A stretch of 64,000 bases of DNA from Desulfatiglandales bacterium (GCA_963666345.1 OY762721.1:2080001-2144000); one strand, 5' to 3'; counted from the stretch's first letter, positions 1 through 9,325 are shown. A program made the numbers and translations. The notes: a model not told the origin generated them from the letters alone.

Positions 1-979
1 AAACACGCCCAATATCGACCGCGCGGTTGTGAGCGTTCACTGCCACAACGATTTGGGGCTTGCCACGGCGAATACGCTGGCCGGGATAAGGGCTGGCGCC
101 AGGCAGGCGGAGGTCACCATAAACGGCATAGGGGAAAGGGCGGGAAACACCTCTCTTGAAGAGATCGTAATGGGCATCTATACGAGGAAGGATCACCTGG
201 GGCTTGCCACAGGCATAAACACGGACCAGATCTACCCGACAAGCAGGCTTGTGAGCATGGTAACCGGGATGGTCGTGCAGCCCAACAAGGCGATCGTGGG
301 CTCGAACGCCTTCGCCCATGAGGCGGGCATCCACCAGGACGGGGTCCTCAAAAACCGCATGACCTACGAAATCATGGAACCGAAAACGGTCGGGCTGTCA
401 AAGAACCTGCTCGTACTGGGAAAGCACTCAGGCAGGCACGCGTTCCGGGACAAGCTCAAGGCCCTAGGCTACGAGCTTCCCCCGGAGGAACTGAACCCGC
501 TCTTTGAAAAATTCAAGGAACTCGCGGACAAGAGAAAAGAGATACTCGATGAAGACATCGAGGTCCTTGTGGCCGAGGAGATACTCAGGGTTTCAGACAT
601 CTACAAGCTGGACTACCTCAACGTGGTAAGCGGAACAGTCGCCGTCCCCACGGCAACCGTAAAACTGAAGATCAAGGACAGGGTCGAGCAGAAGGCCGGC
701 TTCGGAGTCGGCCCGATTGATGCGGCCTTTAACACCATAGCAAAGATGGTCGGAACCAGGTCCAAGCTTGTCAGGTTCGCGGTCAACTCTATAAGCGGGG
801 GCATGGACGCGCAGGGGGAGGTAACGGTCAGGCTCAGGGAAAACGGGCTTGTGGCCCTTGGAAAAGGCGCTGATCCCGATATTATCACGGCCAGTGCCAA
901 GGCCTATATAAACGGTCTCAACCGGCTCGAACACATGAAGAAAAATCCTTCATTGTCACCTGAGGAAAGCACCCTCTGA
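1..979 (+). CDS. leuA: 2-isopropylmalate synthase (5'-truncated by window edge)
   Basis: [27 protein letters not shown] and LGKHSG motifs; C-terminal regulatory domain (GPIDA); precedes ilvBNC. Confidence 0.95.
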   Translation, partial: NTPNIDRAVVSVHCHNDLGLATANTLAGIRAGARQAEVTINGIGERAGNTSLEEIVMGIYTRKDHLGLATGINTDQIYPTSRLVSMVTGMVVQPNKAIVGSNAFAHEAGIHQDGVLKNRMTYEIMEPKTVGLSKNLLVLGKHSGRHAFRDKLKALGYELPPEELNPLFEKFKELADKRKEILDEDIEVLVAEEILRVSDIYKLDYLNVVSGTVAVPTATVKLKIKDRVEQKAGFGVGPIDAAFNTIAKMVGTRSKLVRFAVNSISGGMDAQGEVTVRLRENGLVALGKGADPDIITASAKAYINGLNRLEHMKKNPSLSPEESTL

Positions 980-1087
980 CGGGCCGGGGAAAGCGGATAG
1001 CTCGCAGCTATCCTGGGCTCCACCCTCCGACAGGCTGAAGAGGGGGAACGGTTTGGCGGGAGAACCGTTTACTCTATCGTCTCAATC

Positions 1088-1110
1088 TTGACTTTTTACG
1101 AATGCATCAA
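1088..1110. repeat. Solo end of the GACTTTTTACGA-type MITE-like repeat family
   Basis: TTGACTTTTTACGAATGCATCAA resembles element ends at 39814-39832 and 63534-63554. Confidence 0.55.
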
Positions 1111-1138
1111 CCTCTAGAACTCAAGCAAAAGGAACGTG

Positions 1139-2830
1139 ATGACTAAAAAATTTAATGGCGCGCAGATACTCTTAAAGGCCCTTCAGGACGAGGGAGTCGA
1201 TACCATATTCGGTTATCCCGGGGGCGCGATAATAGACATATACCATGAACTGGTTCAGACCGACATCAATCACATACTTGTCCGCCACGAGCAGGGCGCG
1301 GTTCACGCGGCTGACGGTTATGCCAGGGCCTCGGGCAGGACCGGGGTCTGCCTGGTAACATCAGGGCCGGGTGCGACCAATACCGTGACCGGAATAGCCA
1401 CCGCCTATACGGACTCCATACCTGTCGTTATCCTCACAGGGCAGGTGCCCACCCAGATGATAGGAAACGACGCGTTTCAGGAAGTGGATATAGTAGGCAT
1501 TACCCGCCCCTGTACAAAACACAACTACCTGGTGACCCGCATAGAAGATCTCGCCAGGACGATCCGGGAGGCATTTTATATAGCCGGTTCGGGCCGTCCG
1601 GGGCCGGTGCTGGTGGATCTTCCCAAGGACATCATGAAACAGCTCGCCCCATACAGACCGGTCGGAGAAATAAGTCTCAAATCTTATCAGCCTACCTACA
1701 GGCCGAACATAAAACAGCTCCAGAAGGTCGTAGGCCTGATAAAAAAGGCGAAAAAGCCGATAATCGTATCCGGAGGAGGAGTTATACTGTCGGGCGCGTC
1801 AGAGGAACTGACAAAGTTCGTAAAGACCGTGTACGCCCCCATAACTTCCACCCTGATGGGCCTGGGCGGGTTTCCTACCGATCATGAACTCTGGATGGGC
1901 ATGATAGGGATGCATGGCACCTACCGTGCCAATATGTCTTCGGCCGACTGTGACCTGCTCATCGCCGTGGGAGTTCGATTCGACGACAGGGTCACCGGAA
2001 AGACGGAGTCTTTCGCCTCACAGGCAAAAATCGTGCATATAGACATAGACCCCACCTCTATTCGAAAGAACGTGCCTGTCGCCATACCTGTGGTAGGGGA
2101 CTGCAAAACGACCCTGTCCCTGTTAAACGGGCTCCTTGAAAAAGAGGATTTCAAAGATATCAGGGATGCCAGAGAGCCCTGGGTGACCCGGATAAATGAG
2201 TGGAAGGCCACAAAGAAGCTTGCCTATGAACAGAAGGATATCATAAAGCCTCAATACGTGATCGAGAAGTTTTATGAGCTTACCAAGGGGCAGGCGATCA
2301 TTACAACCGAAGTGGGCCAGAATCAGATGTGGGCCGCTCAGTACTACCATTTTGACAGACCCAACAGCTTTCTTACCTCCGGAGGGCTCGGTTCCATGGG
2401 CTTCGGGCTTCCCGCGGCCATAGGAGCACAGGTTGCCTGCCCGGACAGGGTGGTCGCCGATATCGCCGGGGACGGAAGCATACAGATGAATATCCAGGAA
2501 CTGGCAACCGCGGTCCAGTTCAGGCTTCCCATAAAACTGATCATCCTCAACAACAGCTATCTCGGCATGGTGCGCCAGTGGCAGGAGCTTTTTTACGGCA
2601 AGCGCTACGCCTGCACGGACATGCAGCATGCCCCTGATTTCATGAAACTGGCAGAGGCATACGGCGCGGTAGGCCTGAAGGCCTGTCATCCCGATGAAGT
2701 CGAAGGCGTCCTCAAAAAGGGCCTGGACACAAATGAGACGGTTATCATGGAATTTGTAATTGAAAGGGAAGAAGGGGTTTATCCGATGGTCCCGGCAGGA
2801 GCACCTATTACGGAAATGCTTCTGGTGTAA
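1139..2830 (+). CDS. ilvB: Acetolactate synthase large subunit
   Basis: FGYPGG, RHEQGA, TSGPGATN and TPP-binding GDGS...NN motifs. Confidence 0.97.
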   Translation: MTKKFNGAQILLKALQDEGVDTIFGYPGGAIIDIYHELVQTDINHILVRHEQGAVHAADGYARASGRTGVCLVTSGPGATNTVTGIATAYTDSIPVVILTGQVPTQMIGNDAFQEVDIVGITRPCTKHNYLVTRIEDLARTIREAFYIAGSGRPGPVLVDLPKDIMKQLAPYRPVGEISLKSYQPTYRPNIKQLQKVVGLIKKAKKPIIVSGGGVILSGASEELTKFVKTVYAPITSTLMGLGGFPTDHELWMGMIGMHGTYRANMSSADCDLLIAVGVRFDDRVTGKTESFASQAKIVHIDIDPTSIRKNVPVAIPVVGDCKTTLSLLNGLLEKEDFKDIRDAREPWVTRINEWKATKKLAYEQKDIIKPQYVIEKFYELTKGQAIITTEVGQNQMWAAQYYHFDRPNSFLTSGGLGSMGFGLPAAIGAQVACPDRVVADIAGDGSIQMNIQELATAVQFRLPIKLIILNNSYLGMVRQWQELFYGKRYACTDMQHAPDFMKLAEAYGAVGLKACHPDEVEGVLKKGLDTNETVIMEFVIEREEGVYPMVPAGAPITEMLLV

Positions 2831-2840
2831 GGACACACAG

Positions 2841-2875
2841 GGTTATTGGTTATTGGTTATTGGTTATTCGTTATT
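2841..2875. repeat. Heptamer tandem repeat (GGTTATT)x4 + CGTTATT
   Basis: Read directly between the ilvB stop and the ilvN start. Confidence 0.95.
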
Positions 2876-2902
2876 TGTCATGGCAAGAAAGGCGAAGAAT
2901 AG

Positions 2903-3427
2903 ATGAGCAAAGACAAGCAGACAAGGCATGTACTTTCTATTCTGGTTGGCAACGAGCCGGGAGTCCTGTCAAGGATAGTAGGTCTTTTCAGCGGCAGGGG
3001 CTTTAATATCAAGAGCCTGTGCGTGGCGGAGACCACGGAAGAAAACGTATCCCGTATCACACTTGTTACGGTCGGCGACATGACCATACTGGAACAGATC
3101 AAAAAGCAGCTCAACAAGCTGGTAAACACTATAAAGGTCTGGGATTATACAGGGATGTCCTTTGTGAACAGGGACATGGCACTTGTAAGAGTGAGGGCCA
3201 AGCCTGATAACAGGGCCGAGATCCTCCGCATGGCGGATATTTTCCGGAGCAGGGTGGTGGATGTGGGAACGGAGTACTACACACTGGAGGTTACGGGAAA
3301 CGAGGAAAAGATAGCGGCGTTTCTTGACCTCCTCAAACCTATAGGAATAAAGGAAATAGCAAGGACAGGGACAATCGCCCTTGCAAGAGAAAAACAAAAC
3401 AAGGAGACGTTAAATGGCAAAAATTGA
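2903..3427 (+). CDS. ilvN: Acetolactate synthase small (regulatory, ACT) subunit
   Basis: NEPGVLSRIVGLFSGRGFNI, EIARTG motifs; follows ilvB. Confidence 0.96.
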   Translation: MSKDKQTRHVLSILVGNEPGVLSRIVGLFSGRGFNIKSLCVAETTEENVSRITLVTVGDMTILEQIKKQLNKLVNTIKVWDYTGMSFVNRDMALVRVRAKPDNRAEILRMADIFRSRVVDVGTEYYTLEVTGNEEKIAAFLDLLKPIGIKEIARTGTIALAREKQNKETLNGKN

Positions 3428-4469
3428 TTTCGGAGGAGTAATTGAAGAGGTAATTACCTCGGAGGAATTCACACTGGAAAAATCCCTGGAGGTATTGAAA
3501 GACGAGACGGTCGCCGTACTCGGTTACGGGGTTCAGGGACCGGGGCAGGCTCTTAATATGAGAGACAGCGGGGTAAACGTAATAGTCGGACAGAGGGAAG
3601 GCGGAAAATCGTGGCAAAAGGCGGTGGACGACGGATTTGTCCCCGGTAAAACGCTTTTCTCACCCGAAGAGGCCGCAAGGCGAGGCACCATCATTCAGTA
3701 TCTTATCTCGGATGCCGGGCAGGTGGCAACCTGGCCCGTCATAAAGAAGTGTCTCAATCCGGGAGACGCCCTGTATTTTTCACACGGTTTCGCCATCACC
3801 TACAAAGACCAGACAGGCATTGTCCCACCCGAGGACGTAGACGTAATCCTGGTGGCACCGAAAGGCTCCGGCACCACCTTGAGGACGAACTTCATAAACG
3901 GCGCAGGGCTTAATTCCAGCTTTGCAGTATTTCAGGATTATACCGGAAGGGCAAAGGACAGGGCCCTCGCGCTCGGTGTTACCATAGGATCGGGATACCT
4001 TTTCCCCACGGACTTTGAAAAAGAGGTGTTCAGCGATCTGACCGGTGAAAGGGGCGTGCTGATGGGTTGCCTGGCAGGCGTGATGGAGGCCCAGTACTCG
4101 ATACTGCGCAGGAAGGGGCACACCCCGAGTGAGGCATTCAATGAAACGGTCGAAGAGCTGACCGAGAGCCTTATCAAGCTCGTGTCTGAAAACGGAATGG
4201 ACTGGATGTACGCGAACTGCAGCACGACCGCCCAAAGAGGGGCGCTTGACTGGAAAGGGCCTTTCAGGGAAGCGGTTGAGCCTGTCTTTGAAAAGCTCTA
4301 TGAAAGTGTCGCCACAGGTGAGGAGACAAGGATAGTGCTCGAGGCGAACAGTTCATCCGACTACAGGGAAAAGCTGGACAGGGAACTTGAAGGGATGAGG
4401 GAATCGGAGATGTGGAAGGCAGGGGCCGCGGTTCGCGCGCTCAGGCCTGAAAACAGGAAAAAGGATTAG
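3414..4469 (+). CDS. ilvC: Ketol-acid reductoisomerase (Bacteroidetes/fungal Ilv5-like type)
   Basis: GYGVQG Rossmann motif, FSHGF, VAPKG, SDLTGERGVLMG, CSTTAQRGALDW. Confidence 0.95.
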   Translation: MAKIDFGGVIEEVITSEEFTLEKSLEVLKDETVAVLGYGVQGPGQALNMRDSGVNVIVGQREGGKSWQKAVDDGFVPGKTLFSPEEAARRGTIIQYLISDAGQVATWPVIKKCLNPGDALYFSHGFAITYKDQTGIVPPEDVDVILVAPKGSGTTLRTNFINGAGLNSSFAVFQDYTGRAKDRALALGVTIGSGYLFPTDFEKEVFSDLTGERGVLMGCLAGVMEAQYSILRRKGHTPSEAFNETVEELTESLIKLVSENGMDWMYANCSTTAQRGALDWKGPFREAVEPVFEKLYESVATGEETRIVLEANSSSDYREKLDRELEGMRESEMWKAGAAVRALRPENRKKD

Positions 4470-4489
4470 GCCTTAATTTGAAAAGCAGG

Positions 4490-4722
4490 ATCATCTCCAA
4501 AAGAGTTGATCCAAATGAAGGATTCGAGGGGTCAAGGACCCAAGGGTTCGAGTGAACTGCCTGTAAATTATAGAGATTTAAACATTAGCCATGATATCAG
4601 GTGAGTTGGTTTATCCTTGAAACCGGGAACCCACTGCGAAACAGTGGGACTGAGCGAAGCGCAAGCGGACCAAAGAATCCTGGAACCCTTGGACCCTTTC
4701 TCCCAACTAATTGGGAGGAAAA
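4490..4722 (+). mobile_element. Degenerate octamer-repeat element; probable remnant of a four-helix-bundle (IVS-protein-like) cassette
   Basis: Octamers GGATTCGA/GGGGTCAA/GGACCCAA/GGGTTCGA (4520-4551), inverted octamers (4673-4696), imperfect terminal inverted repeats, mini-ORF MKDSRGQGPKGSSELPVNYRDLN (4515-4604). Confidence 0.55.
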
Positions 4723-4733
4723 CCGAAAAGCAT

Positions 4734-4776
4734 AACCCGCGCCCGGGCCGTTATTATCCCGGGCGCGGGTTTTTTT
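4734..4776 (+). terminator. Intrinsic terminator of the leu/ilv operon
   Basis: AACCCGCGCCCGGG-loop-CCCGGGCGCGGGTT followed by a T run. Confidence 0.85.
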
Positions 4777-4925
4777 GTTTCCAATTTCCCCTGATTCACC
4801 GTTTAATAAGGCCGCAGGCCTGAACAATAACCCGATGGCACAAATCTCTAAAATGTGCTACCTTTCCGTTTCATCGGGTCTCTGCATCCTTATATACCAG
4901 CAAACCTTTTCCCCGCAGGAAGGAT

Positions 4926-5771
4926 ATGGACAAAGTAAGGGTCGCGGCCGTCTGTTTTTCAGCCGCAACCAAAGATATCAAAGGCAACCTCGACAGGATG
5001 GAGCAATATGTGCGTGAGGCAAAGGAGGCAGGCGCCGCCATAATCTGTTTTCCGGAGCTTTCCGTGACAGGCTATTTCCTCAGTAATCCGGCCGCGATAT
5101 GTCCCAGGCCTGCGTACGAATACGCATTAAAAAGGCTTGAGAAAACAGCCCGCCTAAATCGTATGCTCATCCTTGCCGGTATCATGGAACCCTCGGATGA
5201 CGGAAGGCCCTTCATAGCCCACCTGATAACCGGTCCTAAAGGCCTCATAGGCCTGTACAGAAAGACTCATCTTTCACCCAAGGAAAAGGAGACCTACCGG
5301 GAAGGTCAAAGAATAGATACCTTCGGTTTCGGGCGATTAACTTTCGGGGTTCAGCTCTGCTACGAGACCCACTTTCCGGAAATAAGCACCGTCATGGCAC
5401 TTAAGGGCGTTGAGATAATCTTCGCGCCTCACGCCTCTCCGCGCGGAACCCCTGAAGATAAGATCGAAAGCTGGCTCAGGCATCTGAGCGCAAGGGCATT
5501 TGATAACGCCTGTTTTATTGTCGCCTGCAATCAGTGCGGCAAAAATGCGGCAGGCCTTTCCTTTCCGGGCGTTATCCTTGCATTCAACCCGTCAGGCCGG
5601 GTTCTGGCCGAATCGTATCAGGATAAAGACCATATGCTCGTGATCGATCTTGACATGAAAGAACTCAAAGAGATAAAGGCGCATAAAATGCGTTACTTTC
5701 TGCCTAACAGACGGCCTGAACTATATGGAGATCTGGTTGACTCCAGGGGTTGGCAGGTTCCGGGGAAGTAG
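4926..5771 (+). CDS. Carbon-nitrogen hydrolase (nitrilase family)
   Basis: Catalytic triad motifs FPEL, YRKTH, LCYE; ARAFDN...ACN. Confidence 0.92.
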   Translation: MDKVRVAAVCFSAATKDIKGNLDRMEQYVREAKEAGAAIICFPELSVTGYFLSNPAAICPRPAYEYALKRLEKTARLNRMLILAGIMEPSDDGRPFIAHLITGPKGLIGLYRKTHLSPKEKETYREGQRIDTFGFGRLTFGVQLCYETHFPEISTVMALKGVEIIFAPHASPRGTPEDKIESWLRHLSARAFDNACFIVACNQCGKNAAGLSFPGVILAFNPSGRVLAESYQDKDHMLVIDLDMKELKEIKAHKMRYFLPNRRPELYGDLVDSRGWQVPGK

Positions 5772-6230
5772 CATGCAAGGCATGCAGAAACAGGGGGCCC
5801 GCCCCGGGCATGCCGGGGGGGCTTAATGCAATGGGGATGCCCCCGCCTTTTGTAGACAATAACGCTCCGGCACCGGCACTCTTTCTTCCGGCCTTCTCTA
5901 TACTTTACGGAAAAGCGGCCGCATCCATGGGCTTTTATAAACGTTACCCGAGCTGATAGGACACCGGGGAGGAAAGCCCGGCCTGCGGCCACTGCTTATG
6001 CCTCTGGTATTTTTTATGGGATAAGGCCTACTGAAAGAGCCCCGGCACCTCCGCTTGTGTGCTCGCAAACAAAAGGAATAGGAATGGGGAATCAACCATG
6101 CCTTGAGATTTTGACTTCCGGGCATCGGCAAGAGGTTAGACTCAAGGCTCCGAAAAGCGACTACCGAGGCGTATGATCTATACGTCGCAGATCTCCTTTA
6201 GGTGGTTATCAGGGCGGCTTTCCAGTCTTC

Positions 6231-6259
6231 TTGACAGAGGCTGCGCATTTTCTTATTCT
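6231..6259 (+). promoter_or_regulatory. Sigma-70-type promoter
   Basis: TTGACA-17 nt-TATTCT, about 160 nt upstream of the formyltransferase gene. Confidence 0.6.
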
Positions 6260-6421
6260 TAGCATGCTTGTATCAGGAAATTGCTGATTTCCCGGTGGAG
6301 CGCTCAGCCGTTAGATTTCACCTCAAGGGCCTGATTTATAACTGGTTTTGCAGACAGCCCATGGGCTGATGCCTATACGGCACGGCATAATTAACCTTGC
6401 GTATGATCAGGAGACTAACGC

Positions 6422-7339
6422 ATGCGAATTGTTTTGATCGGTGAGGCCGCCTTCGGCGCTAGGGTCTTTGAAACGCTGAGGGACAAAAAGGAACAGATCG
6501 TTGCCGTTTTCACCCCGCCTGACAGGCCCGGGGCAAGGCTTGATCCTTTAAAGGAAGCGGCGGTCAATGCAGGGGTTGCTCTGTTCCAGCCTCAGACCTA
6601 CAAGGATGAGGATATATTCCGCTCTTACTGCGATATAAAGCCGGATCTTACGATCATGGCCTTTGTAACGGCGATTATTCCGCCTAAATACTTCAAGGTT
6701 CCCGGATCAGGGGCCATCTGTTATCACCCTTCCATCCTGCCGCGCCACAGGGGAGCAAGCGCCATCAACTGGGCCATTATATCGGGAGACACCAGAACAG
6801 GTCTTACAATTTTCCGGCCGGACGGCGGAATAGACACAGGCCCGGTTCTTCTTCAAAAAGAGGTTGAAATAGGGCCTGAAGATACAACTGGAAGCCTTTA
6901 TTTCAAACAACTCTTCCCGCTGGGAGTCGAGGCGATAGTGGAGTCGGTAGGGCTTATAAAGGAAGGCAGGGCACCCCGCATCACCCAGGACGAAACCATT
7001 GCCACCTATGAGCCCCCCTGCGACGATCGGGTCGCGGCAATACAGTGGGACCAGCCAGGGGCCGGGATATACAACCTGGTGAGGGGTTGCGACCCGCAGC
7101 CAGGGGCCTATACATACTTTGAAGGAGAAAAAATCAGGCTGTACAATGCAGGCCTTGTTGAAGAAGATCCGAATCAGGCACCGGGAACAATAACGGGACT
7201 GAATGAAAGGGGCATCAGGATCGCCCTTGACTCAGCCACTCTTCTTATCGGAAAGATAAGATCGGCCGGGACAGGAAAGGTGGACGCCTTTTCGTTTGCG
7301 ACCGAAGCAGGAGCAACTCAAGGCAAAAGGCTGGGTTAG
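6422..7339 (+). CDS. Formyltransferase-family protein resembling the 10-formyl-THF hydrolase (ALDH1L1 N-terminal) domain
   Basis: HPSILPRHRGASAINW, GIDTGP, LFPLG...APRITQ...ATYE; C-terminal Fmt_C-like domain. Confidence 0.85.
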   Translation: MRIVLIGEAAFGARVFETLRDKKEQIVAVFTPPDRPGARLDPLKEAAVNAGVALFQPQTYKDEDIFRSYCDIKPDLTIMAFVTAIIPPKYFKVPGSGAICYHPSILPRHRGASAINWAIISGDTRTGLTIFRPDGGIDTGPVLLQKEVEIGPEDTTGSLYFKQLFPLGVEAIVESVGLIKEGRAPRITQDETIATYEPPCDDRVAAIQWDQPGAGIYNLVRGCDPQPGAYTYFEGEKIRLYNAGLVEEDPNQAPGTITGLNERGIRIALDSATLLIGKIRSAGTGKVDAFSFATEAGATQGKRLG

Positions 7340-7414
7340 ATCGCAATTTTTTCAGGACCGGCTCACAGAACCAGCCAATAATTTAATAAAAACCGATTAT
7401 CAGGAGAATCGATC

Positions 7415-8089
7415 ATGTTTGTAGGCCGCATTATGCACACGGATCTTGTTACCGCACCCCCCGATACGTCCCTTGCCAGGGCAAAAGAGATGCTGGATGA
7501 AAAGGAGATCGATCATCTTCTCGTGCTGGATAAACAGGGAAAACTTACAGGTATAGTATCGGACAGAGACCTCAAACAAAGCTGGGCATCTCCTGCCACT
7601 TCGCTCAGCAGGCACGAATTGAGCTATATCCTCGATTCCCTTACCGTGGATATGATAATGGTCAAAAAGATCATTACCATAACTGCTGCCACCACTATCG
7701 AAAGGGCCGCTCTGATCATGCAGGAACACAGGATAAACGCCCTGCCTGTGATGGAAGATGAAACACTGATAGGGATCATCACAAGCACCGACGTGATGGG
7801 AGTGCTTTTGGAGGCAAACGGGATAGACGACGACAGCACCAGATTCGTTGTCATGGTAACCGACCGTATCGGCTCCATAGCTGAAGTGTCAAGGATACTG
7901 AAAGATCAGAAGATCAATATCAGAAGTATTTTTTCCTATCCTGAAAAAAAATATCCCGGGGTATTTCAGCTTGTCATGAGGGTCTCCGCATCGAATGGAG
8001 ACAAGGCGATTGCAGCTCTGACCGAAGGGGGTTTCAAGGTCCTTACCGATTATGTAGAAGACGTATCCGCCTATCTGCCCGACAAGTGA
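7415..8089 (+). CDS. AcuB-like CBS-pair + ACT domain protein
   Basis: Two CBS repeats (GIVSDRDL, GIITSTDV) and a C-terminal ACT domain (DRIGSIAEVSRIL...INI). Confidence 0.88.
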   Translation: MFVGRIMHTDLVTAPPDTSLARAKEMLDEKEIDHLLVLDKQGKLTGIVSDRDLKQSWASPATSLSRHELSYILDSLTVDMIMVKKIITITAATTIERAALIMQEHRINALPVMEDETLIGIITSTDVMGVLLEANGIDDDSTRFVVMVTDRIGSIAEVSRILKDQKINIRSIFSYPEKKYPGVFQLVMRVSASNGDKAIAALTEGGFKVLTDYVEDVSAYLPDK

Positions 8090-8214
8090 ACCCCTTATAC
8101 CCCGGAAAGGATGCCAGAGTCTGAAATCGGTTGCGGCATAAACCTAATCCGGCCGTCACAGGGATCTTTTGACAAACGATCTTATGTGGAAGCCTTTTTT
8201 CGAGAGCCTCATTT

Positions 8215-8400
8215 ATGCAGAAAAAGACAGATGGAACCAAAATTGCTCCCACCGGTGAAGGAGGGAAGGTAAAGCTTGAAATATATGGTGACGAGATGAT
8301 TGAAAAGACCGTCAAGCAAAGTGGAAACAGCGGTCGAGTCTACCTTCCCCCGAACTGGGTCGGGTGCCGGGTCAAAATCGTGAGGATAAGTGAAGATTGA
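8215..8400 (+). CDS. DUF2080-family small protein
   Basis: EKTVKQSGNSGRVYLPPNWVGCRVKIVRI matches the DUF2080 pattern. Confidence 0.8.
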   Translation: MQKKTDGTKIAPTGEGGKVKLEIYGDEMIEKTVKQSGNSGRVYLPPNWVGCRVKIVRISED

Positions 8401-8436
8401 TTTTGAAGGCCAAAATATTATATCCGAGGGCGCTTG

Positions 8437-8871
8437 ATGAAAAAGTTTCTTATAAGGAAAATCAGGGTAGAGGACGCTCAGCAAATCAGCGAAATAGAGG
8501 CTGCAGTTACCAAATCATCGGCAAAGATAGATTTCAAAAAGATAATCGAGAAACAGCTCAGATCAGATGAAGATGCCAGTTTCGTAGCGGAAATAGACAA
8601 TAAGGTGGCAGGCTACATGATAAGTTACACCTTTGTCGGGGGATTCGGCCTTGAAAAATGCGCATGGATCGCGACCCTGGGAGTAAACCCCAAATTCATG
8701 GGACAGGGCATAGGCAAAAAGCTGGCCGAAGAGATACTCAGGATCTACAAGGAAAAAAACATATTCAAGATATTTACCGCTGTTCCTTGGGACTCGGTTG
8801 ACCTTCTCTCATTTTTCAAGACCATGGGCTTCAACCGAAGCGATTTCATCAATCTGAGCAAGGAACTGTAA
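8437..8871 (+). CDS. GNAT-family N-acetyltransferase
   Basis: Acetyl-CoA-binding motif V-N-P-K-F-M-G-Q-G-I-G; FF..MGF. Confidence 0.9.
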   Translation: MKKFLIRKIRVEDAQQISEIEAAVTKSSAKIDFKKIIEKQLRSDEDASFVAEIDNKVAGYMISYTFVGGFGLEKCAWIATLGVNPKFMGQGIGKKLAEEILRIYKEKNIFKIFTAVPWDSVDLLSFFKTMGFNRSDFINLSKEL

Positions 8872-8937
8872 AAGGTCAACTACTGAATTATCTGCTTTTG
8901 GGGAAAAACTATAGTTGGGGGGCCTTTTTATCCTTTA

Positions 8938-9179
8938 TTACCAAAGTCTCTTGTTAGCAAAGGCTCGGCCTGAATGGGATTGAGGTATTTTTCAAAGGAT
9001 AATGCCTTGTTTCGGTCTTTAAAGGCCGTGTAGGTGATTAGTTCCCAAGGCTTGAATTTTGAGGCATGGGGAGATTAACCGCAATTGTGTGCTTCTATTC
9101 GGCTTCTCAGCTCTTCTGAAAAACCTACCTATTTTTGACTTCGATCCGGTATACTTCTAAGCATGTAGACATAATACAT
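8938..9179 (-). pseudogene. GIY-YIG nuclease (UPF0213-like) pseudogene
   Basis: Manual translation MYYVYMLRS...K*VGFSEELRSRIEAHNCG*SPHASKFKPWELITY...FEKYL, then a frameshift to SHSGRAFANKRLW*; two stops and one frameshift. Confidence 0.85.
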
Positions 9180-9203
9180 GATTTTCATCCAGAACCGGAT
9201 AAC

Positions 9204-9325
9204 TGCCCGGCTTCGCCTTCTGCTTATCCGGGCACGCTTTTTTCAGTTTTATACCCACTTTTCTTTATATCGAGCTTTGGCTTTTACTTTGGCCTGCCAG
9301 GCGGAGCCAGCAGGGCGAAGCGTGG
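9204..9325. repeat. Pair of inverted REP-like GCTTCGCC palindromic units
   Basis: GCTTCGCCTTCTGCT (about 9210) versus AGCAGGGCGAAGC (about 9309-9321), between the GIY-YIG remnant and the tmRNA 3' end. Confidence 0.55.

Noticed and set aside
2841..4700. Short repeats as a CRISPR array
   Set aside because: Units are 7-8 bp without unique spacers, and there are no cas genes
5750..6131. Short ORFs and G/C runs downstream of the nitrilase gene
   Set aside because: Low-complexity GC-rich sequence with no coherent protein or RNA motif
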